Source: Myxococcota bacterium (lineage in GTDB: Bacteria > Myxococcota_A > UBA796 > CAJQPC01). Taken from it: a DNA stretch of 39,304 nt. A model generated the notes under the pieces. The model did no database searches, had not been told where the DNA came from, and saw nothing but the letters and a program-made list of their open reading frames with translations. The translations under genes were made by a program, and so were the position numbers. Positions 1 through 8,977 of the stretch are shown in pieces. Numbering within the stretch: the stretch's first letter is position 1; each line of letters opens with the position of its first letter. The stretch lies in the NCBI GenBank assembly GCA_036012755.1, contig DASCPX010000203.1, positions 1 to 39,304 of the forward strand, given 5' to 3'.

Positions 1-171
1 GGTGACCTCCACGAAGGCCGCACCCTCGGGAAACTCGCGCAGCCAACGGCCCAGCGTCGTCGTCGACATCCCGTGCCTCTTCGAGAACCTCGTCTGGCTC
101 AGGCCCGAGGCGCGAAACGCTCCCACGAGCTTCCGCCGCCGCGGCGCCGAGCGCCGGGTTCGTTTGGACAT
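1..171 (-). CDS. tnpA: IS66 accessory protein TnpA (HTH), 5' part, truncated by window edge
   Basis: Manual translation: MSKRTRRSAPRRRKLVGAFRASGLSQTRFSKRHGMSTTTLGRWLREFPEGAAFVEVT. This has the typical 'SGLS..F...HG.S..TL..W' HTH and 'FVEV' motif. A strong RBS lies upstream. Not in the ORF track. Confidence 0.8.
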   Translation of the reverse strand, partial: MSKRTRRSAPRRRKLVGAFRASGLSQTRFSKRHGMSTTTLGRWLREFPEGAAFVEVT

Positions 172-239
172 GTTCTGCCTCCTCCGAACCTCTGCGCGAG
201 GCCGAGGAGCGGTTCAAGATGGATTCGCCGGACGCATAC
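1..239 (-). mobile_element. Left end of an IS66-family insertion sequence (continues beyond the window start)
   Basis: The minus strand from 239 reads GTATGCGTCCGGCGAATCCATCTTG, resembling IS66 terminal inverted repeats (GTAAGCG...). About 70 bp inside lie a GGAGGAGG RBS and a TnpA-like ORF. Confidence 0.8.
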
Positions 240-487
240 ACCTTGGCGAGCTGAATCGGTCCATTGCGGGCCGGATCGAGGTCGTGGAAGGCTGGATTGG
301 AGCGGAGTTCGAGCGATGCTGCGGGCTTGCGGTTTCCGGTCATGTCGATGGCGTCGAGTTGGAGGCCTTTCTCGCTCAGTTGGGCTCAGTTGAGCTGGTG
401 GCTTGGAGACCTGGCCTGACCTGATGAGTCGCGCCGATCACGTGTGCCGCCCGGACACGACGTCGGCTAACAGGCGGGTCTACCGCA

Positions 488-505
488 GGGCCGGCAAGCC
501 GGCCC
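488..505. terminator. GC-rich hairpin downstream of the MopE-repeat gene
   Basis: GGGCCGG-CAAG-CCGGCCC perfect inverted repeat 60 bp past the stop at 565; no clear U-tract. Confidence 0.35.
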
Positions 506-564
506 GGAGCGCGTCGCATGGGCGTTGACGGCGCAGGTCGAAGGCTCCTGATGACCACGTCCCA

Positions 565-3318
565 TCAGAGCTCGGTTGCTGCGACCGTGGTCTTGATGTC
601 GAAGCCCGAGTAGCTCCCGTAGTTGAGGTTGATCGTGCTCCCGACGGCAGTCCCCGAGGGGTTCCCCGCCTTGTAGAGGTAGCCGACCTGCACCCCGAGC
701 CCAGTCACCGTCTTGTTCGAAGCCGTGCCTGCCGAGAAGTAGGCGGTGCACCCGTTGTGGCTGGACACCAGCCCGTAGTAGTTCCCGCTCTCGACGGGGA
801 TCTGGATGCTGATTTGAGACGTCGAGGTCGTGTCCTCGACGCTCCAGAGAACCGTCCAGTTGCCGCCCGTCGCGGCGTTGTTCGTCACGAGGAACATGTC
901 CGAGCCGCAGCCGGAGCTGTAGTCGTTCGTCGCGATCTTCGCGGAATCGAGGGTTCCGTTCGTCGTCGCCGAGATCACCGTTCCGATGACGCCGCTGTAG
1001 GAGTAGCCGGAGCTGCTGGCTCCGATGGTGGACGACACCGAGGTGCCGCACGTCCCGCCGGTGCACCGGAAGCTCGCGCCGTCCTCGGCCATGTAGGCTG
1101 CGCCGTCCTCTGTCGTGATGTCGTACAGGCTGTTGTCGTCGCCGCCGCCGCTGGTTCCGAAGTCCACGTTCGCGATGGTGACGAAGACGTCGTCCGCCAC
1201 GAACAGGCCCCCTTCCTCGCCACCGTCGGTATTGCTGGTCAGCGCCGAGATGCCGGTGCTGGAACCGGACCAGGTGAAGTCCTCTGCGCCGTCCAGGACG
1301 ACGCCTCCCCCGCTGCCCGTCGCGGTGTTCGAGTCCACGACGACATCGTCCAGGTCGAGGACCGCCTCCGATGCGTAGATGCCGGCCCCGCCGCCCGCAG
1401 TGTTCGAGCTGAACTCGGAGTCCGTGATGGTCACGTCGCATTCGTAGGCGAAGAGCCCGCCGCCGTAGGAGCCGGCGTCGTTGCTCTCGACGATCACCGC
1501 GTCGAGTTCGAGCTCGACCCCCGTACTGCCCTCGCATTGGATTCCACCTCCGGTCTGTGTGGAGGTGTCCCAGTACACCGAGGCGTCCGCTTGCCCGTTC
1601 TGGAGCGTCAGGCCTGAAAGGGACGCCGCGACACCGTCGGTCGTGAGGCGGACCACCGAGCCGGCACCGGCCCCATCCAACACGGTCGTGGTGGGGTCGC
1701 CATCGTAGCTCGAGACATCGATGTCACTCGTCAGATCGAGCAGCACGTAGAAGGTCCCGTCACAGAAGACCAGGTCCTCTGTGGGCGCATAGGACGCGGG
1801 CGACGACGAGGTGCCCGTGACGGAGGAGGTCACGTCCGTGTAGGCGCCGGTGGCGTCCACGGTCGAGGCCATGTCGTCCTCGGTCACCCCGCTGTCGCAG
1901 TCGTTGTCGACGCCGTCACAGATCTCGTCGCCGTCCGGATTGACGTCGTCGTCGTCGTCGTCGCAGTCCTGGTCGTCCTCGACCGTTCCACCAGGCTGGT
2001 CGCAGCTCGTCGAGCTGTCGTCCGGGTCGCCGTAGCCATCGCTGTCGTCGTCGGCGTACCAGGTCGTGGCATCGACCGCGTCGTCCTCGTCGGTGTCGCC
2101 GTCGCAGTCGTCGTCCTCGTCGTTGCAGTACTCGTCGGCCCCTGGGTACTGGTCGCCGTCGGCGGGATCGCAGTCGTCGTCGCTGGACGCGTAGCCGCTG
2201 GGGAGCTCGCAGGTCTGCGTGGTGTTGTCCGGGTCGCCGTAGCCGTCCGAGTCTGCGTCCTCGTACCAGGTCGTGGGGTCGACTGCGTCGTCCTCGTCGG
2301 TGTCACCGTCGCAGTCGTCGTCCTCGTCGTTGCAGTACTCGTCGGCCCCCGGGTACTGGTGCCGGTCGTCGTCGTCACAGTCCGAGTCGTCCGCGACGCT
2401 GCCCTCGGGTTGGGCACAGCTGGGGGCGCTCGCCGACGCGTCGCCGTAGCCGTCCGCGTCGCTGTCCGCGTACCAGGTGGCGGCGTCCACGGCGTCGTCC
2501 TCGTCCACGTCACCGCGGCAGTCGTCGTCCTCGCCGTTGCAGTACTCGTCGGCCCCAGGGAACTGTGCCCCATCGTCGGGATCGCAGTCCTCGTCGTTGG
2601 CGGCGTAGCCGCTCGGGAGTTCACAGGCGGTGGTGGTCGATGCGGCGTCGCCGTAGCCGTCGCCGTCGGTGTCCGCGTACCAGGTCTCCGCGTCGGTCGC
2701 GTCGTCCTCGTCCAGAGCTCCGTCGCAGTCGTCGTCCTCGCCGTTGCAGTATTCGAGGGCGTCGGGGTGCTGCTCGGGGTCCCCGTCGTCGCAGTCCTCC
2801 GCGTTCTCGGCGTAGCCTTCGGGGAGCACACAGACCTGCGAGACGGCATCCGGGTCGCCGTAGCCGTCCTGATCCACGTCAGCGTAGAAGGGGGTTCCGG
2901 TGCTCGCATCGAGGTCGCCGTCGTCGTCGTCGATGGACTCGTCACAGTCGTTGTCGATCCCGTCGCACACCTCGACGTTGCCTGGGAAGTTGGCGCCCTG
3001 GCCGTCGTCGCAGTCGCCGGCCTCGGCGGCGTAGCCATCGGGCACCTCGCAGGCGTGCACGGTCGTCAGCTGGTCGTCGCCAACGCCGTCGCCATCTCCA
3101 TCCACGTAGAACATCGCTCCGGTGCCCTCGTCGACGGACCCATCGCAGTCGTCGTCGGCTCCGTTACAGACCTCTGTGGCGCCCGGGAAGCGGGCGGCGT
3201 TCCCATCGTCGCAGTCCTCTTCTGCGGCGTAGCCATCGCGGTCCTCGTCGCCGATGTAGCAGGCCGTCATCAGCGGCACGAGAGAGAACGCAGCGATGTT
3301 CAGCCAGCGAGGAGACAT
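565..3318 (-). CDS. Lipoprotein with 7 MopE-type putative metal-binding (DCDD...PGAxExCNGxDDDCDG) repeats followed by a pectin-lyase-like parallel beta-helix region
   Basis: Start ATG 3318 with a GAAGGGG RBS. Signal MSPRWLNIAAFSLVPLMTAC. Repeated WYxDxDGDGYGD/DCDD units. 'TTVLDGAGAGSVV', 'GLTLQNG' and 'N.A...GGG' beta-helix signatures. Confidence 0.85.
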   Translation of the reverse strand: MSPRWLNIAAFSLVPLMTACYIGDEDRDGYAAEEDCDDGNAARFPGATEVCNGADDDCDGSVDEGTGAMFYVDGDGDGVGDDQLTTVHACEVPDGYAAEAGDCDDGQGANFPGNVEVCDGIDNDCDESIDDDDGDLDASTGTPFYADVDQDGYGDPDAVSQVCVLPEGYAENAEDCDDGDPEQHPDALEYCNGEDDDCDGALDEDDATDAETWYADTDGDGYGDAASTTTACELPSGYAANDEDCDPDDGAQFPGADEYCNGEDDDCRGDVDEDDAVDAATWYADSDADGYGDASASAPSCAQPEGSVADDSDCDDDDRHQYPGADEYCNDEDDDCDGDTDEDDAVDPTTWYEDADSDGYGDPDNTTQTCELPSGYASSDDDCDPADGDQYPGADEYCNDEDDDCDGDTDEDDAVDATTWYADDDSDGYGDPDDSSTSCDQPGGTVEDDQDCDDDDDDVNPDGDEICDGVDNDCDSGVTEDDMASTVDATGAYTDVTSSVTGTSSSPASYAPTEDLVFCDGTFYVLLDLTSDIDVSSYDGDPTTTVLDGAGAGSVVRLTTDGVAASLSGLTLQNGQADASVYWDTSTQTGGGIQCEGSTGVELELDAVIVESNDAGSYGGGLFAYECDVTITDSEFSSNTAGGGAGIYASEAVLDLDDVVVDSNTATGSGGGVVLDGAEDFTWSGSSTGISALTSNTDGGEEGGLFVADDVFVTIANVDFGTSGGGDDNSLYDITTEDGAAYMAEDGASFRCTGGTCGTSVSSTIGASSSGYSYSGVIGTVISATTNGTLDSAKIATNDYSSGCGSDMFLVTNNAATGGNWTVLWSVEDTTSTSQISIQIPVESGNYYGLVSSHNGCTAYFSAGTASNKTVTGLGVQVGYLYKAGNPSGTAVGSTINLNYGSYSGFDIKTTVAATEL

Positions 3319-3343
3319 GGGCCCCTTCAGAGGGTGGTCCACT

Positions 3344-5173
3344 CTACTCTGGCCGACGACGCACCAACATGGCCATCAACAGGGCGAAGAGCCCCACGCC
3401 GCCGGCGCCTGCGCCAGTGGTGCAGCGACAGCCGGGGCCACCCTTGACGTTCGCGTCGAATGACACGCAGGCATCTCCGGTCCCCGGGGTCCCGTAGTTG
3501 CAGTCCTCTGCGTCGTCTTCGCCGCGAGCGAACTCCTGGGAGAACCCGGCTTCACACCAGGCATCCAGCGGATCGTTGTCGGTAGCCGGATCGGAGCTGG
3601 AGGCGACGTCGAACACGAGCGAGTGGCCCTGCCGGACCCCCTGCACGTCGAGATCGTAGGAGAAGGTGTCGATCTCGAGCTCGCCCAGCCCGGTCGAGGC
3701 GTCAGGACAGACCAGGGAGACAGTGCGGGTCCCCGTGTTGGGCAGGGAGAGCCCCGAGAGTGGGACCTCGCCCTCCGTGCAGTCCGGCACTCCGCCGGTG
3801 TCTCCGCCCTCGCCGCCGAGCAGGCAGCCGCCGCTGGTCAGCGCCAGGCTCTGGCCAGCCGCCAGGGCCACTTCACCAATCTGTGTCGTGTCGACGGAGT
3901 CGTCGTCGGCGACCTGGACGGTGCAGCCCTCGAGCTCCAGGTCCCCACTTGTCGTGTTGGTCACCTCGAGCCACTCGGAGAGTCCCGCCGGGTTCGCCAT
4001 CACCTCGCTGAAGACGACCTCGCCGACGGCGGGGTTGTCGAAGACCGCGCAGCCGTTGACCTCGCCCGGAGTGGCACGGACCGTGTTGCCGTCGTCGTCT
4101 GCCACCTCAGCGTCGCCCAGGCACCACTGGCCGAGGTCGTCGTTGGTCGACGGATCGTAGGACGACGGGCTGAGCTGGACACTGCAGGAGACATCCTCCG
4201 GGCAGCGATCTTCGAAGAGAGACCAGTCCAGCGGCGCGGTGTCGACCGCCAGGCCGTCACAGATCAACGACAGCCAGCGGGCCTCGCTGTTGGACTGGGA
4301 CAGGCCCGAGTAGGTCCCCGCCGCGTCGACATAGAGGAGGTCCCCGCGGGAGAAGACGGCGTGCTCACCACCGGCGAGCTCGATGATCGCCCCCTCGATC
4401 TCTTTTTCGTCACTGATGCAGTCGGGGTTCGTCGTGTCGGCGCAGGCCCCGATGGCCAGGAAGCAGCCGGTCAGGTTGCAGGCATCGCCGGAGCGCCCCG
4501 CGAGCTCGATCCACTCGTCCGAGGAGTTCGGCGGATCCGCCATCAGCTCGCTGATCACGACCTCGCCCGCCTCGCACAGAGGGGGTGGGGCGACGCAGAC
4601 ATTGGCTGCACCCGGCGTGCCCACGGCGTCGCCGCCGACCTGGTCCAGGTAGACCTCGTCCTCTGGAGGGATGCACCAGTTGTCGAGGTCGTCGTTGTCC
4701 GTGTCGGACATGGTGTCCTGACCTAGGTTGATCGCGCAGCTGTCCCCCGCACAGAGCCCCGAGAACTCGCTCCAGTCATAGGGCGCTTCGTCCACGAGCG
4801 TGCCGCCACAGGTGATCGACAGGGTCTCCGCGGCGGAGTCGTTGAAGCCCAGTGACGGGTAGTAGTAGGCAGGCTCCACCGAGCAGTCCTCGACCACGCA
4901 GTAGTCCGAGGAGTCGGAGCCGGGCCGGTAGCCCAGGACCGTGAAGTCCTCTCCCGGGATCAGGACCGTGTCCGAGATCGTGTGTGCGTTCGTAGTCCCG
5001 CCGTCGGAGCCCTCTGTGAGGACACAGCCGTCCAGATCCCACTCTGTCTGCGTGGGATTGTAGACCTCGAACCACTCGCGCACACCGCTGGGTGCGCTGA
5101 CGTGGATCTCGCTGATGACGAGCTCTCCTTCACCGGGGGCGTCGGCGAGTGCCAGGGTGATCGTCAGGAGCAT
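3344..5173 (-). CDS. Secreted protein with three lamin-tail domains and C-terminal MYXO-CTERM-like anchor
   Basis: Three 'GE(L/V)V(I/F)SE(I/L/V)...EW.E' units, each ending 'NDD...WC...(G/A)TPG'. C-terminus GCRCTTGAGAGGVGLFALLMAMLVRRR. ATG 5173 overlaps the upstream stop (TGATG). Confidence 0.85.
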   Translation of the reverse strand: MLLTITLALADAPGEGELVISEIHVSAPSGVREWFEVYNPTQTEWDLDGCVLTEGSDGGTTNAHTISDTVLIPGEDFTVLGYRPGSDSSDYCVVEDCSVEPAYYYPSLGFNDSAAETLSITCGGTLVDEAPYDWSEFSGLCAGDSCAINLGQDTMSDTDNDDLDNWCIPPEDEVYLDQVGGDAVGTPGAANVCVAPPPLCEAGEVVISELMADPPNSSDEWIELAGRSGDACNLTGCFLAIGACADTTNPDCISDEKEIEGAIIELAGGEHAVFSRGDLLYVDAAGTYSGLSQSNSEARWLSLICDGLAVDTAPLDWSLFEDRCPEDVSCSVQLSPSSYDPSTNDDLGQWCLGDAEVADDDGNTVRATPGEVNGCAVFDNPAVGEVVFSEVMANPAGLSEWLEVTNTTSGDLELEGCTVQVADDDSVDTTQIGEVALAAGQSLALTSGGCLLGGEGGDTGGVPDCTEGEVPLSGLSLPNTGTRTVSLVCPDASTGLGELEIDTFSYDLDVQGVRQGHSLVFDVASSSDPATDNDPLDAWCEAGFSQEFARGEDDAEDCNYGTPGTGDACVSFDANVKGGPGCRCTTGAGAGGVGLFALLMAMLVRRRPE

Positions 5174-7392
5174 CAGAACCTCCACTCGACCGAAGCCCGG
5201 ACGAGTCCATACAGACTGCCGGGCTCTGCGAGCTCGTTGTCGTTTGTGTCGGTGGCCACGCAGCTGCCTTCCAGCTCGGGCAGGCCGGCCCGTGAGCATG
5301 CATCAGCCCAGTCGGCCTCGGGATCCGCCAGGTTCTTGCCGACCGTGCCGCGGACCGAGAGGCGCACTCGGCGCTCCGGGAGCTTCTGGTCGAGCTGCAG
5401 GTAGCTCTCCACGTAGCGCTCTCCGTGGCTGCCGTGGACGCTGTCGTCCAGGTACTTGACGCGCCACTGCAGGCCGGTGTTCGGGGTCGGCTTGACCTGG
5501 GCCTTGACCCAGACGTACTGCCCGATCTGGAACCAGTACTCGCAGGGGCCGATCCCGTCGAGGGTCGGGTAGAGCAGGCCGGTGTCCTCGTAGTAGCGCT
5601 TGTAGAAGGCGGTCAGGGTGAGGACGCGCAGGGACTCGTTTCGGACCTCGCCGCCCCAGGTGGTCCGGATACCAGCGCGGTCGGTGACCTCGATGTCGTC
5701 CAGGTCTTCGCCGCTGTACTCGGCGAAGGCGTCGTACTCACCGCCGTAGACGTAGCCGCGGCCGTTCCGGCTCAGGTCGCGGTTCTTGTAGTCGGCGAAG
5801 GCGGCCAATCGCCAGTCATCGCGGGTGTGGGTCACCCGCCCGTAGGCCTCTGAGTTCCAGCGGGCGACGCTGATGTTCTGCCAGAGGTCGAGGCGCCCCC
5901 GCAGGCTCCAGCCGATCGCTGGATCCAGCTGGGTCTTCAGCAGGATCCCCTGCTCGTCTCGATCCCGGTAGCCCTGGACCTCGTCCGCGTTGGCCGTGCC
6001 CCTGGCGTGGGGGTTGTCGAAGTCGACGTCGTAGCGCCGAAGCGTCACGTCGAACTCGCCCCAGCCCTGGTCGACGACTGCCTGGAGCGAGTAGCCGTTG
6101 CCCCCGGTGAAGCTGGTGGCGACCTCTGCGCGGAGCTCGGCCAGACCCACCATCGCGCCGCCGTGGACGCCCGCCGCGCCGTAGTAGTCCTCTACCGGGT
6201 AGCCCCCCCGGAGCACGAGGTCGTAGTCGCTCTCGGCGCCATCGAGGAGGGTCCGGTCCATGTGCCCGGCCCAAGCGGTGGCGCCGACATAGTGGAGGCC
6301 GTGACCCAGGCGCAGGGTGGCGTCCGCCCCCAAGAGGTCCTCTCGGTAGACATCCGGAATGGTGACGTACTGGGTCTTCTGGTAGTTGCCCTCGCGGTCG
6401 AGGACGTAGACCCGGGGGCTCGTGAGCTCGTCGGACTCGGGGTCGACGACATCGCCCTCCCCCAGCCCGAGGTCGTACTGGTAGACGTCGTAGCGCCAGC
6501 TGCTGGCGAAGAGCGTCGTCTCGAGGACGTGCTCGCCGACGGGCGTGCGCATCTGCACGGCGCCACCGAAGAGGCCCCTCGCGCTGCGGTAGTGCTCCGT
6601 ACCGCTGAGCTCGAGATCCCGGTACCAGCCCTCCGGGTTGCGCCTGGAGGAGCGGTCGAAGGTGAGCCCGTTGCCGAAGCCGACGTTGTAGGAGCCCATG
6701 ATCGCGCTGACCCGCTGCCGCTCGATCGAGGCGAAGCCCTTGGCGAAGGTGAAGGTCGGCGTGCCCCAGCCGACGTAGACGTCCCCTCGCTCGGCGTCGA
6801 ACTGGACGTCGCGCACGTCCTCCTGGGCGTAGCCAGCGAAGCCCACGGTCCAGTCCTTGTCGTAGCGGACGGTGGTCTTGAGGTAGGTCGAAGGCAGGCG
6901 CTCGTAGCCAAGGTCGGAGAGCCGGTGGGAGCGGTTGGGGTGGTCGTCCTCGATGGCGGGTTCGGCTTGTTCGAGAGCCAACACCGTGCGCACGCGGGTG
7001 ACCCCATGCAGCGGTGGCACGGAGGTGATGCGGACCTCGACGAAGGGGGCGATCTGCTCGACCACGTTGGCGTCGACGCCCTCGATCGAGAGCAGGTCCT
7101 CTACGCGGTCGAAGCGCCCTCGGCTCCGACGAGCCTCGATGATGCGGGCCGCGGTCTCCGAGCTGACCCCCGGCAGATCCACGAGCTCGCCTCTGCGGGC
7201 CCGGTTCAAGTCGATCGGGTCGTGGAGCAGCTCGAGCAAGGTCTCGTAGTCGTCCGCGGTGAGCAGACCGTCCCGGTAGAGCTGCTCGAGGTCGTCCTCG
7301 TCGTCGACGAGGATGGGCGACGGGTAGACGCGGGCCTGGGCGACCGAGGTCACCAACAGGAGCCCGAGGCCGACGCTAAGGCGCTTCAGCAA
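5173..7392 (-). CDS. ComEA-type helix-hairpin-helix domain fused to a putative outer-membrane beta-barrel
   Basis: Signal peptide ending AQA. 'PIDLNRA...ELVDLPGVS...AARIIEAR..RGRFDRVEDLLSIEGV' HhH. About 600 aa of alternating amphipathic beta-strands. Ends ...RASVEWRF (terminal Phe, Bam-type signal). TTG start overlaps the PLD gene end. Confidence 0.8.
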   Translation of the reverse strand: MLKRLSVGLGLLLVTSVAQARVYPSPILVDDEDDLEQLYRDGLLTADDYETLLELLHDPIDLNRARRGELVDLPGVSSETAARIIEARRSRGRFDRVEDLLSIEGVDANVVEQIAPFVEVRITSVPPLHGVTRVRTVLALEQAEPAIEDDHPNRSHRLSDLGYERLPSTYLKTTVRYDKDWTVGFAGYAQEDVRDVQFDAERGDVYVGWGTPTFTFAKGFASIERQRVSAIMGSYNVGFGNGLTFDRSSRRNPEGWYRDLELSGTEHYRSARGLFGGAVQMRTPVGEHVLETTLFASSWRYDVYQYDLGLGEGDVVDPESDELTSPRVYVLDREGNYQKTQYVTIPDVYREDLLGADATLRLGHGLHYVGATAWAGHMDRTLLDGAESDYDLVLRGGYPVEDYYGAAGVHGGAMVGLAELRAEVATSFTGGNGYSLQAVVDQGWGEFDVTLRRYDVDFDNPHARGTANADEVQGYRDRDEQGILLKTQLDPAIGWSLRGRLDLWQNISVARWNSEAYGRVTHTRDDWRLAAFADYKNRDLSRNGRGYVYGGEYDAFAEYSGEDLDDIEVTDRAGIRTTWGGEVRNESLRVLTLTAFYKRYYEDTGLLYPTLDGIGPCEYWFQIGQYVWVKAQVKPTPNTGLQWRVKYLDDSVHGSHGERYVESYLQLDQKLPERRVRLSVRGTVGKNLADPEADWADACSRAGLPELEGSCVATDTNDNELAEPGSLYGLVRASVEWRF

Positions 7393-7879
7393 GGTCCCAG
7401 ATCTCCGAGAAGACGCGCTCGAACTCGGCGGCCAGCGGCGGGTCCGCCAACAGCAGGAGGTTCTCGCGGTGCAACGTGTTGGCGAAGTCGGTGTAGTTGA
7501 AGGAGCCGGTCAAGACCGTGCCTTCATCGAGCACCGTGAACTTGTGGTGCAGGATCCCGCCCGCGCTCAGGCCCCCGGCGAGTCGCACCTCGACCCCCCC
7601 GGCGATCAGGCGGTTCAGCGTGGGCGCCATGGCGTTGTCGGCCGAGTCGTACTGGCCGCGATCGGCGACGACCTGGACCTCGACCCCGCGCAACGCCGCG
7701 TTCTCCATCGCGTTGGCGATGCCTTCGTGGGTGAAGGTGTAGATGGCGACGTGCACGGTGGAGGTCGCCGCGTCGACCTCCGAGGTCAGGACCTCGGAGA
7801 GATCGGTCTCGCTGGAGAAGAACGGCTGCCGCGAGGAGCAGGCCGAAAGGGCCAGGAGCACGGGCGCGAGGGGGAGCAT
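7376..7879 (-). CDS. Phospholipase D superfamily single-HKD (Nuc/Zucchini-like) lipoprotein, probable nuclease
   Basis: HHKFTVLD-x6-GSFN...RENL motif, 'AIYTFT' and 'RGVEVQVVAD'. Lipobox LSAC. Alternative start at 7930. Confidence 0.85.
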   Translation of the reverse strand: MLPLAPVLLALSACSSRQPFFSSETDLSEVLTSEVDAATSTVHVAIYTFTHEGIANAMENAALRGVEVQVVADRGQYDSADNAMAPTLNRLIAGGVEVRLAGGLSAGGILHHKFTVLDEGTVLTGSFNYTDFANTLHRENLLLLADPPLAAEFERVFSEIWDLAEAP

Positions 7880-7940
7880 GCGTCGGAGGCTCACGAGATC
7901 CCTTGGGCCGTTCGGCGCCGGTGATACCATGCGCGCGCTC

Positions 7941-8915
7941 TCATCCGCTCGTGATCCGCGCGGCGCGCCACTGGCCCAGGAGCTCGGCGAGCTGGTTCGG
8001 GATCTCTTGTGGTCCCGCCAGCATCGCCGGCCGAATCACGCCGGGGAGCGCGCCGAGCAGAGCCCCGAGCGTGGGCACGGCGGGCTGGTCGCCGACGAGG
8101 TGGTGTTGGACGTGCAGGTCGCGACTCCGGCGGTAGAGCACGCCCGGGCGCCGCGGGTGGCTGTGCACGACGACAGCACGCGGCACGTAGCCGACCCGCC
8201 GGCCCCGCCTCCAGTGGAGGTCCTCGCCGATCGGCACCGCGGACAGCGGGTTCTCCAGGAGCGTGTCGCGCCGGTAGAGCGCGAAGACGTTGTCGAGCTG
8301 CTCGACGCGGAAGTGCCCCCGGCCCGGAGGTGTCCATGAAGCGAGGCGGCGGCCGGTCACCGGATCCGCTGTCGGCCATGGCACCTGGCGGCCGAAGACC
8401 GCGTCGTAGCCTCCATCTTCGAGGGCATGCACCAGGGCGCGAACACAACCACGACCGCGCGGGAGGGCATCATCGACGCTCAAGAGCACGTACTCGCCGG
8501 TGGCGTGGCGCACCCCCGCTTGCCGGGTGGCCCCGTGACCGAGCCAGGGCACATCGAGGACCCGATCGCCCTCCACCCGGCCCGACGCGTCCCCGTTGGC
8601 CAGCACGAGGACCTCCATGCAGACATCCTGCTCCCTCAGCGCCTGCAGGCCGATCGGCGTGCGCCGATGGCTGGGGATGATCGCGGTGACCGTGATCCCC
8701 TCTTCCCGCCGAGCGCCGGGGGTGGGCAGGTGCTCGGACAGCGCCGCCGTGAAGCTGGGCGTCCGCGTGACGACCTCGTCCACCAGCGGCACGATCTGGT
8801 CGGCGCGCAGGCGCTTGGGGAAGTCATCGGTCAACTCCAGGCGCACGCTCTCGTTTCGACGGAGGGCCTCTCCGAGCGCGTCGAGGTCCTTCGAAGAGAG
8901 CCCACCAAGCCGCAT
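7941..8915 (-). CDS. Glycosyltransferase family 2 (rhamnosyltransferase-like) with ~70-aa N-terminal extension
   Basis: 'TAIIPSH', 'GHGATRQAGV..ATGEYVLLSVDDALP', 'AVFGRQVP', 'GEDLHW' and 'VVHSH' motifs. Confidence 0.8.
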   Translation of the reverse strand: MRLGGLSSKDLDALGEALRRNESVRLELTDDFPKRLRADQIVPLVDEVVTRTPSFTAALSEHLPTPGARREEGITVTAIIPSHRRTPIGLQALREQDVCMEVLVLANGDASGRVEGDRVLDVPWLGHGATRQAGVRHATGEYVLLSVDDALPRGRGCVRALVHALEDGGYDAVFGRQVPWPTADPVTGRRLASWTPPGRGHFRVEQLDNVFALYRRDTLLENPLSAVPIGEDLHWRRGRRVGYVPRAVVVHSHPRRPGVLYRRSRDLHVQHHLVGDQPAVPTLGALLGALPGVIRPAMLAGPQEIPNQLAELLGQWRAARITSG

Positions 8916-8922
8916 CAGCGGG

Positions 8923-8928
8923 ATGCTA
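8923..8928 (-). promoter_or_regulatory. -10 hexamer TAGCAT positioned for leaderless transcription of the GT2 gene/cluster
   Basis: TAnnnT 7 nt upstream of ATG 8915, with no SD in between. Confidence 0.5.
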
Positions 8929-8971
8929 ACCGCCCGACCGACCGCCCTTCATCGGCACGTCTGGGGGAGAA

Positions 8972-8977
8972 TTGACA
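8972..8977 (+). promoter_or_regulatory. Perfect -35 hexamer TTGACA upstream of prkA
   Basis: TTGACA in the divergent intergenic region; no convincing -10 at 17 bp. Confidence 0.3.

Noticed and set aside
2..424. Plus-strand ORFs 2..424 and 73..393
   Set aside because: They are antisense to the IS66 tnpA and terminal repeat and have no recognisable motifs.
1900..3260. Regularly spaced DNA repeats resembling an array (also 28600-29720)
   Set aside because: These are in-frame coding repeats of MopE-type domains with degenerate third positions, not CRISPR repeats with unique spacers. No cas genes are present.
7376..7879. PLD nuclease as an anti-phage defence gene
   Set aside because: It has a lipoprotein signal and envelope-gene context, with no helicase, methylase or other defence partners nearby.
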